A DNA stretch of 64,000 bases, taken from Amoebidium appalachense (lineage: Eukaryota; Protista; Ichthyosporea). The position numbers were made by a program, and so were the translations under genes. A model generated the notes under the pieces. It was given only the letters and a program-made list of their open reading frames with translations, had not been told where the DNA came from and did not search any database. The stretch is from the NCBI GenBank assembly GCA_963693365.1, contig CAVNZM010000009.1:9157408-9221407 (forward strand). The letters are read 5' to 3'. Of this stretch, positions 43,515-64,000 are shown in pieces (the first letter of the stretch is position 1; the number at the start of each line of letters is the position of its first letter).

Positions 43515-43590
43515 GGAGGGAATGGTAGGCGGATGGTGAGTTGGGATAAGGGGCCAGGGGGGAAGGAGATCCGAAGTAGGTTATGTTCAT

Positions 43591-43642
<52 letters not shown>

Positions 43643-44373
43643 CTAGTGTTTGTGAAAATGTGGGCTCATGCCCAAGTGCACGTACGTGTGTTTATGTGTA
43701 TGCATCTGTGCCTGTGCGCATGCATGTGTACACGTGCAGGTACTGCACCCCCACCTGCAGAGACATGACCCCCCCCTTGTGTGCCTCCATCTCCCGCACA
43801 CATATGCCCGTCTCGATGGCCCAGATGCGCACAGTACCGTCAAGAGACCCCGTGATGATCCGTGCCTATAAACAGAACACGTGTCAGAAGATACAAAGGA
43901 AACAACGGATGTGATAATGTGGACGCGCTTATACCCTTAGCGAACCGAGAGCTCTGTAGTATAAACATATGATATGGTGACTTCCCGATCAACCAAAATG
44001 TGAATACCTGTAGATCTATCCAATGTATATCCCAATTGTTGAGTACAGAGGGCTGGTCCAAGAATGGTCTTTTCAAAAACACCGGTGTGCCTGGAAAAAC
44101 CTACCCAAACAGAATGGTTTGCCAAGTTCATTATAGCCCGCAGCACCTAAGTATTTTGTTGTGGCATGGTTTGTTAAGTGTTCGTCTGCAGTAGGGTAGC
44201 ATATGCATTTTTGGGGAGGAGAAAGTGGGAACTACGTAGGCATGCTACACACGCACCCTCCATCCCAACCATCCATCCCCCCTCCCCCTCCTCCCTCCCC
44301 CCCCCCCCCCCCCCCCAGCCGCACCCATCCCCCATCCCCCACCCCCCCACCCCCCCCCCTCCTCTCCCCCTGC

Positions 44374-44411
<38 letters not shown>

Positions 44412-44418
44412 CCAGCAG

Positions 44419-44456
<38 letters not shown>

Positions 44457-44718
44457 CACACACACACACAAACCCCACCCACGCACCTTGTCAAACTGCA
44501 GGCACTTGACAGACCCCGTATGTCCCGTGAGTGTGCGCTCACACCTGCCCGTGCACATGTTCCACACCTTGATGAGCTTATCATAGCCCCCACTCACAAT
44601 CAGGTGCCCGTCAAAGGCTACACACAGAACACCCTCCGCATGCCCCGTCAGCTTTCGCATCTCGTAGTGCCCCTTGCGCCACTGTGGTGGGAAGGAAAAA
44701 AAAAAAAAAAAAAAAGAA

Positions 44719-44759
<41 letters not shown>

Positions 44760-45596
44760 GAATGGGTCAGAGAAAAATCGGTCAGAAAAATTGGTCAGAG
44801 CATATATATATTCCTACCTTTTTTGTTTGTTTAATAAAACCTTTTTTTTTGGCGCGCAAAAACTTCCCGCCCAAATTTCTATATTTGGCTAATCGTGCGA
44901 TCGCGTGAAAATAATTGGGTCCATACATTATTTTTTGTATGATATATATATATATAAATACACACATTAAAAAAAGGACAAAGAAAAATGGGTCAGAGCT
45001 GAGCTAAGCAGAGAAGTGCATATGAATGCATTCAGTGGTTTGTGAGGGGTTGAAGTGGAGATGGATCACGGGAAGGGTTTTTGAACAAACAACAAGTCAG
45101 TAGTAGAAAATGAGAAAAACATTGCTGAATAAAAACGGGGGGGTTTTTTTCTATGTATGCCTGCATGTGTTTCTTTGTCTGTGTGTGCACGTGTATGTGC
45201 ATGTGTACTTGGAAGGAGGGTGGGGTGAGGGCGAACAGAGACACGCGCATCTGTGTGTGTGTACGTGTGTGTGTGTGTGTGTGTACGTGTGTACGCGTGT
45301 GTGTGTGTGAGTGTGTGAGTGTGTGTATGTGTGTGTGTGTGTGTGCATGTGTGTTTACGCACATTCAGCTCGACCATCTGCCTCTCCGCATAGACCTCCT
45401 TCCACACCACCTTTGCCCTCTTCTTGATGCCCTCCGTAAACAGCGGCAGCCCCCACCCACCTGCAAATGCAGCCCAGTGGTTGGCCAGAAATCACTCGTG
45501 CATGGCTTTCTAACGAACGTCCCCCCCCCCCCCCCTCCCCGCCTCCCGTCCCACCCCGCACCCCGCCTCCCGTTTCCCCTCCCTCCCCGCCCCAGC

Positions 45597-45651
<55 letters not shown>

Positions 45652-46166
45652 ACTCCGTATCCCTCCCCCCCCTCCCCCCCCCCCCCCCCCCCGCCTCCCC
45701 CTCCCCGTGCCCTCTCCTTCCCCTGTGCTCTAACGCAAACCAGAGCAACTTCGCACCAGAGCATACCACTCAGGAGAATTGAAAGAAGTGCTCGGAGGGG
45801 GGGGGGGGGGGGGGGGGGAGGGTGTAGACATCAGAAAAACAGGGTGGTGGTAGAAGATCGAAGCCTGGCAGGGGACATGTGGGGAGTGGAGGCTGATAGT
45901 GGGGGGGGGGGGGGGGGGGGGGGGGGGGGAGCAGATAAAAGGGGAACACCGTAACTTTAAAAAGTAAAGATACATGATCAGGAACGGGGTGAAGGGAAGG
46001 GGAGGAAAGGGGAAGAGGGGCGGGAGGGGAGGTGGAGGTGTAGGGGGGAGAGGGGGTAGGGGAACGGGGGTGGGAGGAAGGGAGGGAGAGAGGGAGGGGG
46101 AGAGGGACAGGGGGGGGGGGGGGGGGGGGGAGAAAGAGAGTGTGAGAGTGTGTGTGTGTGTGAGAG

Positions 46167-46237
<71 letters not shown>

Positions 46238-46803
46238 TGTGTGTGTGTGTGTGAATGAGTAAGATGCGAAGGAGGGGGGCTGACAGAGAAAGGAGAAAGG
46301 GAAAGGAAGGGGAAGAAAAGAATGGGACGGAGAGAGAAAAAGGGAGCACCGGAGCGAGAGAGAAATTGGGAGATATAGAAAGAGACAATATGCCATACAT
46401 TTTGCACACTTCTTGTTGATGTGCTGTGCACACAGGCGGTGCCACAATGTGTCATCATTGGCCATGTCCCTCCACCGCTTCGAAACCTGCAGCCTCACAT
46501 CAGCACCAACCCAGCCTCCCCCCCCTTCCCCCTGTTCCCACCCCCTCCCCCGTTCCATTCCACTCCTCTTCCCCCCCCCCCCCCCCTCCCCCCCCCCCCC
46601 TTCCCCCCTTCCCCCACCTCCCCACATTCCCCCACGGCACACACCACCACAATCTCCCCCTTCACCAAAGTGCTCTCAGTTCTGTCTCCTTCCCCCCTCC
46701 CCCCCGACCTCATCCGTGACCTACTCAAATGAGCAACCGGTTGCCCTGTAACAGGCCATAAACAGCATCCAAGCAAGGCGATATTGATGCTGTTGGAGAT
46801 GGT

Positions 46804-46841
<38 letters not shown>

Positions 46842-46852
46842 GGGGGGGGGGG

Positions 46853-46883
<31 letters not shown>

Positions 46884-47963
46884 AGGGGGGGGGGGGGGGG
46901 GGGAGGGGGGACAAGGGGGAGTAATTTGAAATTCATAAAGTGAAGTAGACGTTGATTTCCAGTAAAAGAGGAGGGAATAAATTCATAGGAGATAGAGACA
47001 TAGAACACACAGGCAAGAAACAGCCACGCACAAACACGCCTAGAAGAGAACAAACAGGTGACCAAAAGGGACCTCATTCATAAAACACAAGGTGGTACAA
47101 ACAGAACCTCCCCTCCCTCTCCAGCCACCCCCCCCCCCCCCCCTTCTCCCCCCCTTCTCCACCCTCCCCCCTTCCCCCCCCCCCCCCCCCCCCCAGGCCC
47201 AGGGATGATAACTCTTACCTGAGAAGCAAAGCATAGGGAGCGGGCGTCACAAAACGAGAAGATGTATTTAGCCAGTTTGTCAGGCAGTCGGCTGATGAAG
47301 TCTACCCGTAGTTGGGGCTCGATCTCACGGTATACGTGCGAAACTGGTAAAATAAACATGTGAGTACCATGGAAGGAATAGGGCTTGTATATTGATGGAA
47401 CAATATTATCCCACGACAAAAACACTGTCTAAACTAGAACATGCTCCAAACACATAAACATAAAGGGAGCCTCATGACCAGAGGTTGCCCGAGCCCCCAG
47501 TCTTTCTTGTGCACCTACAGGGATTGTGAGCCCCCCTCCCCCCCCCCCCCCTCCTCCCCCTCCCCCCTGTCTCTCCTTTCCACCTACCCGCCCCCCTCTC
47601 CGCTCTCCTCCTCCAACAAAAAAGAAATGTACGTTAGTTATAGATGCAAAAAAACAGCCGCTCATTTGCAAGGATGGACAAAGGAACACGAACACAACCA
47701 AAAAGACATGGACGGACCCACGCCACCCGCCACACGTGAACGCACACACACGATCACCCACACGCATGCCAACAACTATGGAGCACCACCCTCCCTCCCC
47801 TCCCCTCCCCCCACGCCCCCCCTTCCCCTCCCCCCCACCCCCCTCCCCCCTTTCCCCGGCTGCCCCGCCCCTCTCTCGCTCCCGGCTCAATACCCCCTTC
47901 TCTCTCCACGCCCTCCTGCCCCCTCCTCCCCCTCCTCCCCACCCTCCCTGCCGGCCTGCCCCC

Positions 47964-47994
<31 letters not shown>

Positions 47995-48175
47995 ACCCAC
48001 CCACCCACTTACTTATTGGCACATTTGCCTTTGTCTGCTCTATCAGCGCACTAAACAGGTCCTGTCTTTCCCTGTCGTTGAGGTGTGAAAACCAGGTGGC
48101 AATCCGGTCCACGGAGGTAGAAAAGTCTGAGGGATCTAGGCTTAGTCCTTTCCCTTGAACTCCCTCGGAAGCCAT
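39261..48175 (-). CDS. F-box/WD40 SCF substrate receptor, Met30/SconB/SCON-2/Pof1-like (11 exons)
   Basis: Exons: 48175-48013, 47343-47219, 46486-46399, 45460-45363, 44681-44487, 43865-43755, 42976-42875, 42239-42120, 41363-41246, 40211-40128 and 39394-39261. F-box [34 protein letters not shown]; Met30/SconB hallmark [26 protein letters not shown]; then [15 protein letters not shown] and GH...W[DN] WD40 repeats ending [12 protein letters not shown]. Confidence 0.92.
39395..39545. repeat. Degenerate ~33-35-bp minisatellite at the acceptor end of the last F-box/WD40 intron
   Basis: 4-5 units built on GTGAGATA...CAG.TATTTGATTG. Confidence 0.6.
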
Positions 48176-48417
48176 GTTTGTGTTAGATCCTTTGTGTGGA
48201 ACACGACGTGGTAAATACGAAATAGCGACGGTAAAGTCTTCTAGTAACAATTGCCTAATATTATTAATTCAAAAACTCTTTGAGAAAGACAACCTTATGC
48301 CATAAATGTGTGAACAAGCAAGAACATCGCCTAGACTGCCTTTCTTAAACGAAGCCCTGAGCTCTCCTTTTTGCGCGCGCTCTCTTCATCTCCAGTTCTC
48401 TCGTTTTGTAAATGGTG

Positions 48418-48480
48418 TGACGTAACTGCAAATGGCCTGTTGGCCGCATGACGCCATCCATGACGCCATTGTGACGTCAC
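48418..48480. promoter_or_regulatory. bZIP site cluster (two CYS3/MetR-type ATGRYRYCAT boxes plus CRE-like sites) in the divergent promoter
   Basis: ATGACGCCAT at 48448-48457 and 48460-48469, GTGACGTCAC at 48471-48480 and TGACGTAA at 48418-48425, about 240-310 bp upstream of the F-box/WD40 ATG. Confidence 0.65.
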
Positions 48481-48959
48481 ATTGCACTACAGTGGGCCAA
48501 CAAGTACTTAGAATAGCATAGTTGGGCTTATTGTACTAAAAATACACACATGGCTCACCGATGAAAGTCGGCCCCTAGCTTGGCCCAACTTGAAGCACTG
48601 GTAGTCAAGTTTCGCGCCAGTCGTTGAGTGGCGGTGCGCGTCTTGAACGAGCAGAAAGGAGAGAGGGAGCGAGAACGAGAAATAGTACTTTGTAAGAATA
48701 TAGTACTTAGTAAGAAGACGAGCCAGAGACATGACTGTATACACCAGGTTTAGTCCCCTGTAATGTATATCGAGAGTCTCTCTAGACAATCTCTGTTTCA
48801 TGTTGTTTGTGGCATGCCCCGTGAATTAAGCAGGTGCCTGGCTGGATCTGTGAGCCGTCTGTGGGCTCTGTATCATCACTGCCAAGATATTACATCTAAG
48901 CATATAAGAAAGAATGGGAAGCAACCGTTGAGAAGCTTTTTCTGGCTCATGGCGTCAAG

Positions 48960-63706
<14,747 letters not shown>

Positions 63707-64000
63707 GTATTACCCCCTCCTCCCCCCTCCCCCTTCCCAACCATCACCACCACCAGCACCACCACCACAACCACCGCCCACCCCCCCTCCTCCCCCCCCC
63801 CCCTCCCCCCCCCCCCACCTCTATTTCTCCCTCCCTCCCTGCCCCCCTCCCTCCCTCCCTCCCTCCCTCCCTCCCTCCCTCCCTCCCTCCCTCCCTCCCT
63901 CCTTCCCTCCCTCCCTCCCTCCCTCCCTCCCTCCCTCCCTCCCTCCCTCCCTCCCTCCCTCCCTCCCTCCCTCCCCCTCCCTCCCTTCCCTCCCCCCCCC

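Overview
Eukaryotic genomic DNA, very rich in microsatellites and poly-C/poly-G tracts, with GT-AG intron-rich genes. Most ORFs in the supplied track are low-complexity artefacts. Gene content (an ASAP-type BAR-PH-ArfGAP next to a Met30/SconB-type F-box-WD40) points to a unicellular opisthokont, possibly an ichthyosporean-like holozoan; this is inference only. Layout: (1) 2.0-10.5 kb is a triple-nested transposon: a decayed PIF/Harbinger-like element carrying a non-autonomous hAT element and an apparently intact APE+RT LINE with a 5' monomer array. (2) An intronless 8-TM class-C-GPCR-like gene lies at 12.1-13.4 kb. (3) 14.6-26 kb holds several decayed copies of an unidentified coding-like family. 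(4) A hAT MITE lies at 29.8-30.0 kb. (5) A 6-exon Q-rich transcription factor with two atypical GATA-like fingers spans 31.2-37.0 kb. (6) An 11-exon Met30/SconB/SCON-2-like gene (39.3-48.2 kb, minus) is head-to-head with a >=18-exon ASAP-like ArfGAP (49.0 kb to the window end). Best leads: two exact CYS3/MetR-type ATGRYRYCAT boxes upstream of the Met30/SCON-2 homolog, suggesting a fungal-style sulfur feedback circuit; an intron-dwelling repeat family with vestigial hammerhead-ribozyme cores; and the nested element with double-TIR ends. All exon models and family calls were made by eye, without database searches.
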